Shown: positions 21,876 through 31,050, counted from the first letter of the stretch. The stretch: DNA of 41,023 bases from Candidatus Caldatribacterium oleiphilum (GCA_014359405.1 JACIZN010000001.1:1-41023), one strand, 5' to 3'. The notes: generated by a model from the sequence alone, not told the origin. Translations and numbers: made by a program.

Positions 21876-22976
21876 TTGTATCCCCGCCTTGAGGTTGATC
21901 TTGATGTTCTTGAGGAGAATGCGCATATCCTTCTTGAGAAATGCTATGAGTGGAGAGTTTCACCTGTTGTTGTCACCAAGGGGTTCCTCGCAGATTCCGT
22001 ACTTGTTCAGGTCTTCTGGGAAGCGGGGTTTTTGAAATTTGCTGACTCGAACCTTGCAAATCTTGTGAAGCTTCGCCATCTCCTCGGTCCTCAGGCAGAG
22101 CTTTTTCTCATTCGCCTCCCCATGCTTGAAGAGCTTAGCGTCCTGAGTGCTTACGACATCTTTCCTTTTGTTTCCCACATTGAGGTTCTCGAGTGTTTGC
22201 ATAGTATTGCTCGGGAGTCCAAAAAGGTGCAATCCGTTGTGCTTGCCGTTGAGGGAGGCGATGGAAGAGAGGGGATGCTTCCTGAGGAGGTCCCGCAAGT
22301 GGCGGAGTTCATCAGGCGCCTTCCTTATCTCTCCATTCATGGCATCGCTACAACCCTTGCCTGTCTCAGTGGCGTGCTTCCTGATCGGAGTGCCCTTGCG
22401 CGTCTTGTGGAGACGAAGGAGTTTCTCCAGGAAGCCCTTGGGAAGAACATTGCGCTCTCGGTGGGAGGAACGACCTTTCTCACCCTCTGGGAAGAGGGCG
22501 ATCCTCCTCAGGGTGTGGACGAGATTCGTTTTGGAGAGGCTCTGCTCTTTGGAAGCGACATAAGTAGGAAACGGGACATTCCATGGCTGAGGCAAGGAGC
22601 TTTCACGATTGCAGCAGAGGTTGTGGAAGTGCGCACAAAAGAGCCCTTGAGAGGGGGAGCCCTTGGGTACGATGCTTTCGGGGAGAGACCTCCTCAAGCT
22701 TTCTCTGGACCTCGTCGGAGAGTCCTTGTAGCCGTGGGGAGGCAGGATGTCGATGAAAACCAGTTATATTTTGACGATGCCCGTGTTACAATAATAGGTG
22801 CGACGAGTAACTACCTTGTTCTCGATGTAGAAGAGAGCAGAAGACCTTACCGGGTTGGGGACATTATCTTTTTCCGTGCTGGGTACGGAGCGGCATTGCG
22901 GGCGTTTCTTTCGCCGTACGTGGAGAAAGTGTATCGGAGAAAAAGGGCAAGGGAAGGAAGCGAGGGTGGACGATGA
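21876..22976 (+). CDS. Fold-type III PLP enzyme, ornithine/lysine racemase (Orr/YhfX-like) family
   Basis: YPRLEVDL..L.EN, VVTK PLP lysine, ADS..NL, RLPM, GD.REG, LAC..GVLP, R.GEALLFG, GRQDV; TTG 21876 after SD GAGGTG. Confidence 0.8.
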   Translation: MYPRLEVDLDVLEENAHILLEKCYEWRVSPVVVTKGFLADSVLVQVFWEAGFLKFADSNLANLVKLRHLLGPQAELFLIRLPMLEELSVLSAYDIFPFVSHIEVLECLHSIARESKKVQSVVLAVEGGDGREGMLPEEVPQVAEFIRRLPYLSIHGIATTLACLSGVLPDRSALARLVETKEFLQEALGKNIALSVGGTTFLTLWEEGDPPQGVDEIRFGEALLFGSDISRKRDIPWLRQGAFTIAAEVVEVRTKEPLRGGALGYDAFGERPPQAFSGPRRRVLVAVGRQDVDENQLYFDDARVTIIGATSNYLVLDVEESRRPYRVGDIIFFRAGYGAALRAFLSPYVEKVYRRKRAREGSEGGR

Positions 22977-23902
22977 CGTATTCATTCCGGGGCCGGCATT
23001 TCCTGGATCTTGCAGATTTCTCTAAGGGTGAGCTCCTCTTTTTTCTCGACGTTGCCTTGGATTTAAAGAGGCGGTGGCTTCTCGGAGAACGCCCGAAGCC
23101 CCTTGGAGGTAAAATCGTTGCCCTTCTCTTTGAGAAACCTTCTCTCCGTACTCGGGTTTCTTTTGAGGTTGCCACGCGCCAGCTCGGAGGAGAGAGTTTC
23201 TACCTTGGCCCTCAAGAGGTAGGTCTTGGAAAGCGGGAAGCGGTGAAAGACGTGGCCCTTGTTCTGGGGCGAATGGTTGACGCTATTGTTCTACGGACTT
23301 TCGCCCACGAAACAGTTCTTGAAGTGGCAAAGTACAGCGGCATTCCCGTTATCAATGGCCTTTCAGACCTTCACCATCCCTGCCAAGTTCTCGGGGATCT
23401 TCTCACCGTTCTCGAAAAGAGGGGAACCCTCAATGTGAAAATCGTCTTTGTGGGCGATGGGAACAATGTCTGTCACTCCTGGATTGTTGCTGCCGCGCGT
23501 CTTGGACTCTCCCTTACCGTCTCCACTCCCGAACGTTACAGACCCCTCCAGAGCATATGGGATTGGGCGCAGGAAGAAGCCAAAAAAAGCGGTGCTCAGA
23601 TTGTCTACGAGCCTGATCCCAGGAAGGCCGTAAAGGACGCTGACGTGGTGTACACGGATGTGTGGGCAAGCATGGGGAAAGAAGGGGAGCTTGAGGAGCG
23701 GTTACCTTTCTTCCGGCCATATCAGGTCAACCAGGATCTCCTTGCCCTTGCCTCCTCTGACGCTATGGTAATGCACTGCATGCCTGCGCACCGGGGCCAG
23801 GAAATTACGGATGACGTCATGGACGGACCGCATTCTGTGGTCATTGATGAAGCTGAGAACAGGCTCCATGCCCAGAAAGCGGTTCTGAGTCTCTTGCTCT
23901 GA
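22973..23902 (+). CDS. argF: Ornithine carbamoyltransferase
   Basis: FEKPSLRT, HPCQ, GDGNNV, DVWASMG, HCMP, EAENR. Confidence 0.93.
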   Translation: MTYSFRGRHFLDLADFSKGELLFFLDVALDLKRRWLLGERPKPLGGKIVALLFEKPSLRTRVSFEVATRQLGGESFYLGPQEVGLGKREAVKDVALVLGRMVDAIVLRTFAHETVLEVAKYSGIPVINGLSDLHHPCQVLGDLLTVLEKRGTLNVKIVFVGDGNNVCHSWIVAAARLGLSLTVSTPERYRPLQSIWDWAQEEAKKSGAQIVYEPDPRKAVKDADVVYTDVWASMGKEGELEERLPFFRPYQVNQDLLALASSDAMVMHCMPAHRGQEITDDVMDGPHSVVIDEAENRLHAQKAVLSLLL

Positions 23903-23921
23903 AAGCCCGGAGGGAGCCGTT

Positions 23922-24677
23922 ATTCTCTCCCTACCGAATCTCTGGCGATATCTTATAGAAGTGGCGGTACTGTACTATTTCTCGTACCGTCTCATGAGGT
24001 GGGCGAAGGGGACTTTGCTCTTCCCTCCTCTGCGTTTGCTTGTGATTCTTTTTCTCAGCGCGGGCATCTCGAATCTCCTGGGTTTACACGGACTCCGTTT
24101 CTTCTGGCGTTTGTGCATTGGAGGGTACATAGGGGCGATGCTCCTTGTTCTTCAGCCGGAGCTGCGGAGAAACTACATGAACCGCTTGTACCACCACGGG
24201 TTTGTGGAGAGGGTTGGGAACGAAGAGAGCCGGAGCAAGTTCATTGACGATCTCACCCTGGCGTGCCAGACCCTTTCCCGGAAAAGGATTGGTGCTCTTG
24301 TCGTGCTTGAGCGAACTAACAGCCTCCGAGACCTTATTCAAACCGGTGTGCTCATCGACGCCTTCTTCACGCCGGAGCTCCTTTTTTCCATTTTTCTCCC
24401 TGAGTCTCCTCTCCATGACGGAGCAGTGGTCCTTCGGGAGAATAAGATTGTGGCGGCAGGTTGCATTCTCCCTCTTGCTGAAGAGGTGGAAACGAAGCGA
24501 AAGATTGGAACTCGCCATCGGGCGGGAATTGGGGTGACGGAGCAAACCGATGCTTTGGCCATTGTGGTTTCGGAAGAAACGGGTAAAATTTCCCTTGCAG
24601 TGCATGGGAGGATGGCATGGGATATAGAGGCAGGGACTCTCAAAAGAATGCTGAGAATTTTGTACCGGGGGTCGTGA
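23922..24677 (+). CDS. cdaA: Diadenylate cyclase CdaA/DacA (3 TM + DAC domain); probable ATT start at 23922
   Basis: QPELRR, GALVV.ER, SPLHDGA, GTRHRA, VSEETGKIS; SD GGAGGGAG at 23909-23916. Confidence 0.93.
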   Translation: MLSLPNLWRYLIEVAVLYYFSYRLMRWAKGTLLFPPLRLLVILFLSAGISNLLGLHGLRFFWRLCIGGYIGAMLLVLQPELRRNYMNRLYHHGFVERVGNEESRSKFIDDLTLACQTLSRKRIGALVVLERTNSLRDLIQTGVLIDAFFTPELLFSIFLPESPLHDGAVVLRENKIVAAGCILPLAEEVETKRKIGTRHRAGIGVTEQTDALAIVVSEETGKISLAVHGRMAWDIEAGTLKRMLRILYRGS

Positions 24678-24790
24678 GGGTTCTTTGGGATAAGCTGCGG
24701 AAGGCCTTCTGGAAAGATTGGCAAACAAAGCTCTTTGCCCTTCTTTTTGCCCTGGCCCTTTGGTTCTTCCTGTTCAGTGAGCGTATATGA
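24674..24790 (+). CDS. 38-aa membrane peptide matching the N-terminal TM anchor of CdaR/YbbR
   Basis: GTG overlaps the cdaA stop (GTGA); translates MRVLWDKLRKAFWKDWQTKLFALLFALALWFFLFSERI*; missing from the ORF track. Confidence 0.72.
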   Translation: MRVLWDKLRKAFWKDWQTKLFALLFALALWFFLFSERI

Positions 24791-24829
24791 TATATTCTCA
24801 AGAGTGGGGAACGACGCGGAAGGGAGGAG

Positions 24830-26920
24830 TTGCGGTTGAAGGATTTCAATAGTAAAGACATTCGGAACATTGGCTTCTTTTCCCATGCAGGTGCAGGGAA
24901 GACTACTTTCTCCGAGGCTCTCCTTTTCAATGCAGGGGTTACGACACGAAGGGGAAGGGTTGAGGAGGGAAATACGGTATCCGACTGGCAACCGGAGGAA
25001 ATCCGTCGGGGCCTTTCTATCGACCTTTCGGTGCTCCCTTTTGAGTGGAAAGGCCGCAAGGTAAACCTCATAGACACTCCAGGGTACATGGATTTTTTGG
25101 GGAATGTTATCGGGGCGCTTCGGGCAGTGGACAGTGGAGTTATTTTCCTCTGTGCAGTATCTGGAGTGGAAGTGGGTACGGAGAGAGCGTGGGACTATTT
25201 GAAGCGCGAAGGTCTCCCTGCCTTTTTCCTCATCAACCGTATGGACCGGGAGGGTGCAAATTTCTACACGGTCTTAGAGAGCATTCGGGAGAAGTTCACG
25301 CCTAAGGCCACCCCAGTTTTCCTTCCCATTGGAAAAGAGAGCGCTTTTCGAGGTCTCGTGAACCTTTTGAGGATGCGTGCTCTCTACTTTGAAGGTGATG
25401 GGAAGGTGCGGGAGGATGACATTCCTCAGGAACTCGTCGAGGAAGCCTCGAGGTGGCAGGAAGAACTCATCGAGAATGTTGCCGAAACCGATGACGAGCT
25501 TTTGAACCTCTACCTCGATGGCCAGGAAATTCCTTCTGAGAAGCTTTGGGTGAGTCTGAGGAGAGCTATTCTCGAGCGAAAAATCTTCCCTGTCCTTTGC
25601 AGCTCTGGGCTTGAGAATAAAGGAGTTTCGGCGGTTGCAGATTTCCTCGTTGATTTTGCTCCGAGCCCTCTTGAGCGTCCCCCTGTGAAGGGAAAAAATC
25701 CAAAGACTGGGGAAGAGGAGGAGCGTCCCTGCAGCGAAGAGGCGCCTTTCTCAGCCTTTGTTTTCAAAGTTCTGAGCGACCCATATGTAGGGAAGATTGC
25801 CTTTTTCCGGGTGTACTCCGGTAAGCTCTCTGCGGATGCGCGCATCTACAATGCTTCTCGGGACACAGAAGAGAAAATTGGACAGCTCCTTCTTGTGCGA
25901 GGGAAGACTCAGGAACCCATCAAAGAGGTGAAGGCAGGGGATATTGCAGCGGTGGCAAAAATCGCCGAAGTCTTTACGGGCGATACTCTCTCCGATCGAG
26001 AACGCCCGATAGTCTTTCCACCTCTTGAATATCCCGAGCCGAACTACATGGCAGCCATCCGACCGGTCGGAAAAGGTGACGAGGAGAAAATCAGCCAGGC
26101 CCTGAGCCGTATGCTTGAAGAGGATCCGACGCTTAAGGTGCAGCGGGAACCGGATACCAAGGAGGATATCGTGTACGGTTTCGGAGATATACACCTTGAT
26201 GTTCTTGCAGAGAAGATGAAACGAAAGTTCGGGGTGGAGGTTGCCCTCTCGGTACCCAAGGTTCCGTACAAGGAAACGATAAAGAAAACGGCCCGGGCAG
26301 AGGGGAAGTACAAGCGCCAGTCCGGTGGACGTGGTCAGTACGGTCATGCCTGGCTTGAGCTTGAACCCCTCCCGAGAGGCCAGGGATTTGAATTTGTGGA
26401 CAAGATTGTCGGTGGGGTCATTCCCAAAAACTACATCCCTGCTGTGGAGAAAGGCGTTCAGGAAGCCATGCAGGAAGGAGTTCTTGCCGGATATCCGGTT
26501 GTGGACGTGCGGGTAACGGTATACGACGGATCGTACCACCCGGTGGACTCCTCAGACATGGCCTTCAAGATTGCCGGTTCCATGGCGTTCCGTAAAGGTG
26601 CTCTCGAGGCGAATCCTGTGCTCCTTGAACCAATCATGAGCGTGGAAGTGGTGGTTCCTGAGGAGAACATGGGAGACGTCATCGGAGACCTCAATGCCCG
26701 TCGGGGAAAGATTCTTGGCATGGAACCGGAAGACGGGTACCAGAAAATCAAGGCCCTTGTGCCCCTGGCAGAGCTCTTCCGGTACTCTGTGGACCTTCGC
26801 TCGATAACCCAGGGAAGAGGGTCCTTTACCATGCGCTTCTCCCATTATGAAGAGGTTCCTCCACAGATAGCCGAGGCCATTATCGAGAAAGCTCGGAAGG
26901 AGAAAGAGACTGCTTCGTGA
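24830..26920 (+). CDS. fusA: Elongation factor G paralog (EF-G2-like, outside the str operon)
   Basis: SHAGAGKTT, RGLSI, DTPGYMDF, NRMD, KRQSGGRGQYGH, GSYHPVDSS; TTG after SD GGGAGGAG; possible extended -10 TG-A-TATATT at 24788-24796. Confidence 0.93.
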   Translation: MRLKDFNSKDIRNIGFFSHAGAGKTTFSEALLFNAGVTTRRGRVEEGNTVSDWQPEEIRRGLSIDLSVLPFEWKGRKVNLIDTPGYMDFLGNVIGALRAVDSGVIFLCAVSGVEVGTERAWDYLKREGLPAFFLINRMDREGANFYTVLESIREKFTPKATPVFLPIGKESAFRGLVNLLRMRALYFEGDGKVREDDIPQELVEEASRWQEELIENVAETDDELLNLYLDGQEIPSEKLWVSLRRAILERKIFPVLCSSGLENKGVSAVADFLVDFAPSPLERPPVKGKNPKTGEEEERPCSEEAPFSAFVFKVLSDPYVGKIAFFRVYSGKLSADARIYNASRDTEEKIGQLLLVRGKTQEPIKEVKAGDIAAVAKIAEVFTGDTLSDRERPIVFPPLEYPEPNYMAAIRPVGKGDEEKISQALSRMLEEDPTLKVQREPDTKEDIVYGFGDIHLDVLAEKMKRKFGVEVALSVPKVPYKETIKKTARAEGKYKRQSGGRGQYGHAWLELEPLPRGQGFEFVDKIVGGVIPKNYIPAVEKGVQEAMQEGVLAGYPVVDVRVTVYDGSYHPVDSSDMAFKIAGSMAFRKGALEANPVLLEPIMSVEVVVPEENMGDVIGDLNARRGKILGMEPEDGYQKIKALVPLAELFRYSVDLRSITQGRGSFTMRFSHYEEVPPQIAEAIIEKARKEKETAS

Positions 26921-27306
26921 GGGGCGTTGCGCTTGTAGGCGTTGATGTGGTAGAAATCCCAAGAATTGCCAGGGCTCTGTCCCTCTTTGGCGAGCGATTT
27001 GTCCATCGCCTCTTTGAGGAGGAGGAGCTTGCCTTTTACCGGGGGAAGGGCACAAGACGGTGGCAGGAAGGAGTTGCCGCTCTTTTTGCCAGCAAGGAAG
27101 CGGTGAAGAAACTCTTTCTTCAGCAGGGGATTGCCCTTCGCTTCCGGGATATCTCCGTTCTCCATGCCCCTTCAGGAGAACCCCAGGTTTCCCTGAAGCG
27201 CGGAAATGGGGTTTTTTCGAAAATCAGCCTTTCCTTTGCCCATGGGCGGGATGTCGTTGTGGCCGTAGCGGTGGGTGTGGCACGAGGAGGGGAGGAACGT
27301 GCTTGA
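26917..27306 (+). CDS. acpS: Holo-ACP synthase
   Basis: VGVDVVEI.RI, F..RLF, FASKEAVKK, SGEP; adjacent to nnr-alr. Confidence 0.88.
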   Translation: MRGVALVGVDVVEIPRIARALSLFGERFVHRLFEEEELAFYRGKGTRRWQEGVAALFASKEAVKKLFLQQGIALRFRDISVLHAPSGEPQVSLKRGNGVFSKISLSFAHGRDVVVAVAVGVARGGEERA

Positions 27307-28888
27307 ACTTGCCACCCGAGAGGAAATGCAAAAGAGGGAAAGGGAAGCTTGTGAGCAGTATGGCCTGACGACGCTCCTTCTCATGGAGAACGCGGGAAGG
27401 GGCATTGCTTCTGAAGTCATTTCCATCCTCCGGGGAAGGTCAGATCTTGAAACTGTTTCCATTGTTTGCGGCACCGGCAGTAACGGTGGAGATGGCATGG
27501 TGGTCGCCCGGCACCTCTTCGTGGAGGGTATAGTTCCACGGGTGTACCTTGTGGGTTCTCCCGAAGCTCTCAGAGGGGATGCCCGTTTCAACTATGAAGT
27601 TCTCGTTCGCCTTGGCCTTCCGGTGCAGGTGGTTGCTTCTTCTTCTGACTTTGCGGTGAGCCCGGGGACGCTGATTGTTGATGCCCTCTTTGGAACGGGG
27701 CTGACTCGCGAGGTTGGGGGGATTCATCGAGAGGTCATCCAAAAGATCAACGAAGCCAGGGACAAGTTCGTTGTTGCTGTGGATGTCCCTTCAGGAATTG
27801 ATGCAAGCGATGGACGTGTTCTTGGAGAAGCGGTGAGGGCGGATTGCACCGTGACCCTTGGGCTTGTGAAGCGGGGACTTGTGCTCTTTCCGGGAAGGGC
27901 GTATGTTGGAAAGCTCAAGCTCTGCCCCATTGGCATTCCCCTCCGGGCCTGTGGAGGTAACCTTGTTCTCGCCCATGATATTCGGCGCCTTTTGCCCCAA
28001 AGGCCCTGGTTTGCCCACAAGATTTCCGCCGGTGTGGTTGGAATTGTGGCAGGGTCTTCGGGCATGCTTGGAGCGGGCATACTTGCGGCTCTTGGGGCGT
28101 ACCGAAGCGGTGCCGGCATGGTGGTGTGGCCGCTTCCCCTTGAGCTCTCAAAAGTGGTGAAGGTGCGTATTCCTGAGGTCGTCAGTATATCTCTTCCTTT
28201 TGCCTCGTCCTCCTGGTGTTACGGAGAAGAGGATTTGGAGGAGGTTCTTGCAGGTCTTGAGGCTCGCAAGGTTTCAAGTGTTGTCGTCGGTCCAGGTCTT
28301 GGCATAGAAGAGAGAACGAGGAAGTTCCTCGAGAAGTTCCTTGAGCTTTCCCCTGTTGGGGGTGTTCTTGACGCTGATGGGCTGAACATTGTGGCTCAGA
28401 ATCGAGCTCGTTGGGGGGGAAAGCTCGCCAGGTGGATTGTTACTCCCCACTTTGGCGAGGCAGCCCGACTCCTTGGATGGCCTATCCAGGAGGTATCCGA
28501 GAAGAAGGTGGAAGCCGCTCAGGAGATAGCCTCCCTTTTTGGGTGTGTTACGGTTCTTAAGGGTCCGGGAACTATTGTTGTCACTCCCGAAAAAGAGGTG
28601 TTCGTGAACCCCACCGGGAACGAACTTCTTGCCACCGCAGGGAGTGGGGATGTCCTGTCTGGGGTCATTGGGGGACTTTTGGCTCAGGGACTTGACCCTC
28701 AAAGTAGCGCTCTCTGTGGTGTTTTTCTCCATGGTCTTGCGGCGGACCTTCTGCGGGAGGAAGGAAGAACCTCGCTTCTTGCTCACGAGATTGCCGAGCA
28801 CATTGATGCAGCAAGAAAGGTGGTTGACGATGGGGCATGGAAATCCCCACTGCTGGATGGAGATTTCCCGGAGCAGTTTGGCGCATAA
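27299..28888 (+). CDS. nnr: Bifunctional NAD(P)H-hydrate epimerase/dehydratase (NnrE-NnrD)
   Basis: LMENAG, GSNGGDG, VDALFGTG, AVDVPSG, GPGLG, DADGL, TPH.GE, LATAGSGDVL; GTG 27299. Confidence 0.93.
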   Translation: MLELATREEMQKREREACEQYGLTTLLLMENAGRGIASEVISILRGRSDLETVSIVCGTGSNGGDGMVVARHLFVEGIVPRVYLVGSPEALRGDARFNYEVLVRLGLPVQVVASSSDFAVSPGTLIVDALFGTGLTREVGGIHREVIQKINEARDKFVVAVDVPSGIDASDGRVLGEAVRADCTVTLGLVKRGLVLFPGRAYVGKLKLCPIGIPLRACGGNLVLAHDIRRLLPQRPWFAHKISAGVVGIVAGSSGMLGAGILAALGAYRSGAGMVVWPLPLELSKVVKVRIPEVVSISLPFASSSWCYGEEDLEEVLAGLEARKVSSVVVGPGLGIEERTRKFLEKFLELSPVGGVLDADGLNIVAQNRARWGGKLARWIVTPHFGEAARLLGWPIQEVSEKKVEAAQEIASLFGCVTVLKGPGTIVVTPEKEVFVNPTGNELLATAGSGDVLSGVIGGLLAQGLDPQSSALCGVFLHGLAADLLREEGRTSLLAHEIAEHIDAARKVVDDGAWKSPLLDGDFPEQFGA

Positions 28889-29948
28889 CGTTGCGGTGCT
28901 TCGGAGGCTTGCACATCCCCATGGGGATATCATGGGGGTTGTGAAGTCAAACGTGTATGGGCATGGAGTCGAAGTTGTTCCTCTCCTTGCCTCTTCTGGT
29001 CTTCGGAAATTTGGAGTAGCCTCAGTCGAGGAAGCCCTTGAGCTTCGGAAAGCCTCTGTTCCCGGGGATATTTACATCCTCGGGGGCTTTTTCCCGGATG
29101 AGGCGGAGGCCATTGTGGAGGAGGGTTTCATCCCTGTTGTTTCGTGTCGGGAGGAGCTCGAGAGCCTGCAGAGAGAGGGCAAAAGACAGGGGAAGCCGGT
29201 TCGCTTCCACCTGAAGGTGGATACCGGTATGGGGAGGATGGGATGCCTCCCCAGGGACTTTGATGGTGCTTTTTTTTCACTCCTTTCCAGTTCTTTCCTT
29301 GTCCTTGCAGGGGTCATGACCCACTTTTCAAGCGCCGAGAAGGACCCCGAGTACACAGAGTGGCAATTCCGTAAGTTCTGCGCTTTCCTGAAGCGATGGA
29401 ATCTTCTCGGGAAGCCCCTTGAGTACCACTGTGCGAATAGCGCTGCGTTCCTCTTTTTCCCCCACATGCGCCTTTCCTTGAACCGGATTGGAATTGCCCT
29501 CTTTGGTGTTTCACCGAATGGAGATGCGAAAGCTGCGGTATCCCTGGGACTTCAGCCGGTAACAAGTATTAAGGCGCGGGTGAAGCTTGTGAAGGTTCTT
29601 CCCCCGGGATTCCGGGTAGGGTACGGGGGTACTTTCGTGACTTCCCGAAGGACAAAAGTGGCGGTCGTTGCCCTGGGTTACGCTCAGGGTCTTTTTCGGA
29701 TTCTCTCCAACAACCTCGAGGTTCTCGTTTGCGGGAAACGAGCTCCCCTCATTGGGACGGTCTCTATGGACCAGGTCATGATTGATGTTTCCCATATTGA
29801 TGGAGTGGAACGGGGCGATGTGGTGACTTTTGTGGGAAGAGATGGAGAGGAAGAGATACGGGTGGAAGAGGTTGCTCGCCGGGCAGGTACTATTCCCCAT
29901 GAGGTTCTCTGCAACTTTGGAAAGCTGCGACATCGTCTCTTTGTTTGA
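28830..29948 (+). CDS. alr: Alanine racemase
   Basis: VVKSNVYGHG, HLKVDTGMGRMG, MTHF, HCANSAA, VGYG, SMDQ, TIPHE; ATG 28830 overlaps the nnr 3' end. Confidence 0.92.
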   Translation: MGHGNPHCWMEISRSSLAHNVAVLRRLAHPHGDIMGVVKSNVYGHGVEVVPLLASSGLRKFGVASVEEALELRKASVPGDIYILGGFFPDEAEAIVEEGFIPVVSCREELESLQREGKRQGKPVRFHLKVDTGMGRMGCLPRDFDGAFFSLLSSSFLVLAGVMTHFSSAEKDPEYTEWQFRKFCAFLKRWNLLGKPLEYHCANSAAFLFFPHMRLSLNRIGIALFGVSPNGDAKAAVSLGLQPVTSIKARVKLVKVLPPGFRVGYGGTFVTSRRTKVAVVALGYAQGLFRILSNNLEVLVCGKRAPLIGTVSMDQVMIDVSHIDGVERGDVVTFVGRDGEEEIRVEEVARRAGTIPHEVLCNFGKLRHRLFV

Positions 29949-29951
29949 GCT

Positions 29952-30398
29952 ATGGAGGATCTCGTTCTCTGGCATACGGAAAGCGAGGAGGAGACGAAGG
30001 AACGGGGCAGGGAATTCGTCGTAAAATTCTGCGCAGGTCCCTCTCTTGTGCTCCTTGGAGGAGAATTGGGCGCGGGGAAAACAGTTTTCGTCAAGGGAAT
30101 GGCAAAAGCTTTAGGGATTGCTGAGAGTCTGGTTCGGAGTCCGACCTTTTCTCTCATTCACGAGTACGGGGGAACTCCCTTCTCGCTCTACCATATGGAC
30201 TTCTATCGCTTGAACGATTGGAGTGAGGTCCTGGACCTTGGTTTTGACGAGTACCTTGAGAAGGGAGGCATCATTGCTATTGAGTGGGGAGAAAAGTTCT
30301 TTGCTTTCTTTCCCCCTCCTTTCTTTGTGGTTCGCATCGCGGTAACTGGGGAAAAGACGCGAAGCCTCAGGGTGGTAAAGTGTGATTCTCGCCTTTGA
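29952..30398 (+). CDS. tsaE: t6A biosynthesis ATPase TsaE
   Basis: GELGAGKT, SPTF, YHMDFYRL, IEWGE. Confidence 0.96.
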   Translation: MEDLVLWHTESEEETKERGREFVVKFCAGPSLVLLGGELGAGKTVFVKGMAKALGIAESLVRSPTFSLIHEYGGTPFSLYHMDFYRLNDWSEVLDLGFDEYLEKGGIIAIEWGEKFFAFFPPPFFVVRIAVTGEKTRSLRVVKCDSRL

Positions 30399-31050
30399 CA
30401 CAAGTACCCCGTGGCTTGGAATTGGACTGGTCCAAGGGGAAGAGGTTCTCTTTCGGGTCGTGCAGTACACGAGAACCGCCCATTCTCTCCTTCTTTTCCG
30501 CCACCTGGAGTTCCTTGAAGCGCATTTTTCCTTCCGGAAACACCTTGAAGGTATTCTTGTGGGCCTTGGACCGGGGTCATTTACCGGGGTAAAAGTAGGT
30601 GCCATCATTGCCAAGGGCCTTGCCTATGCCCTCGGAGTACCCCTCGGGGGCTTTTCGACTCTTGAGGTCCTTGCAAGCCTTGCCCGAAGGTTTGGTCCTT
30701 TGGGATTTGAAGTTACGGTACCGGTTATCTTCCACCGGAGAGGAGAAATTTTCTGGTCGGAGTTCTCGGGAGAAAAGGTGGAGCTCTCCTCACTCTGCAC
30801 GGGTTCTCCTGAGGATTTTTTGAGCCGATACAGAGGGAGAAAAGACGTTTTCGTGGTAACTCCGTGGAGGGATCTCTGGAAGCTTTTTACAGAAGTCGGG
30901 CTTTCCTGCCTGGATCCCTCGCGGGCTCTCCCGGATCCCTTAGAGCTTGTGGTTCTTTCCCGGGAACGGGGTTTTGGAAGTACCGAGAATGTGTTTTCAT
31001 TGCTTCCCCTTTATGGTTCCAGGGTCTTCGAACGAGAAAGTGCTTCTTAG
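30382..31050 (+). CDS. tsaB: t6A biosynthesis protein TsaB
   Basis: ILAFDTST, HS, GPGSFTG, AKGLA. Confidence 0.92.
   Translation: MILAFDTSTPWLGIGLVQGEEVLFRVVQYTRTAHSLLLFRHLEFLEAHFSFRKHLEGILVGLGPGSFTGVKVGAIIAKGLAYALGVPLGGFSTLEVLASLARRFGPLGFEVTVPVIFHRRGEIFWSEFSGEKVELSSLCTGSPEDFLSRYRGRKDVFVVTPWRDLWKLFTEVGLSCLDPSRALPDPLELVVLSRERGFGSTENVFSLLPLYGSRVFERESAS

Noticed and set aside
22973-23902. SLRT motif suggesting N-succinyl- or N-acetylornithine transcarbamylase
   Set aside because: HPCQ and DxxxSMG of true OTCases are retained
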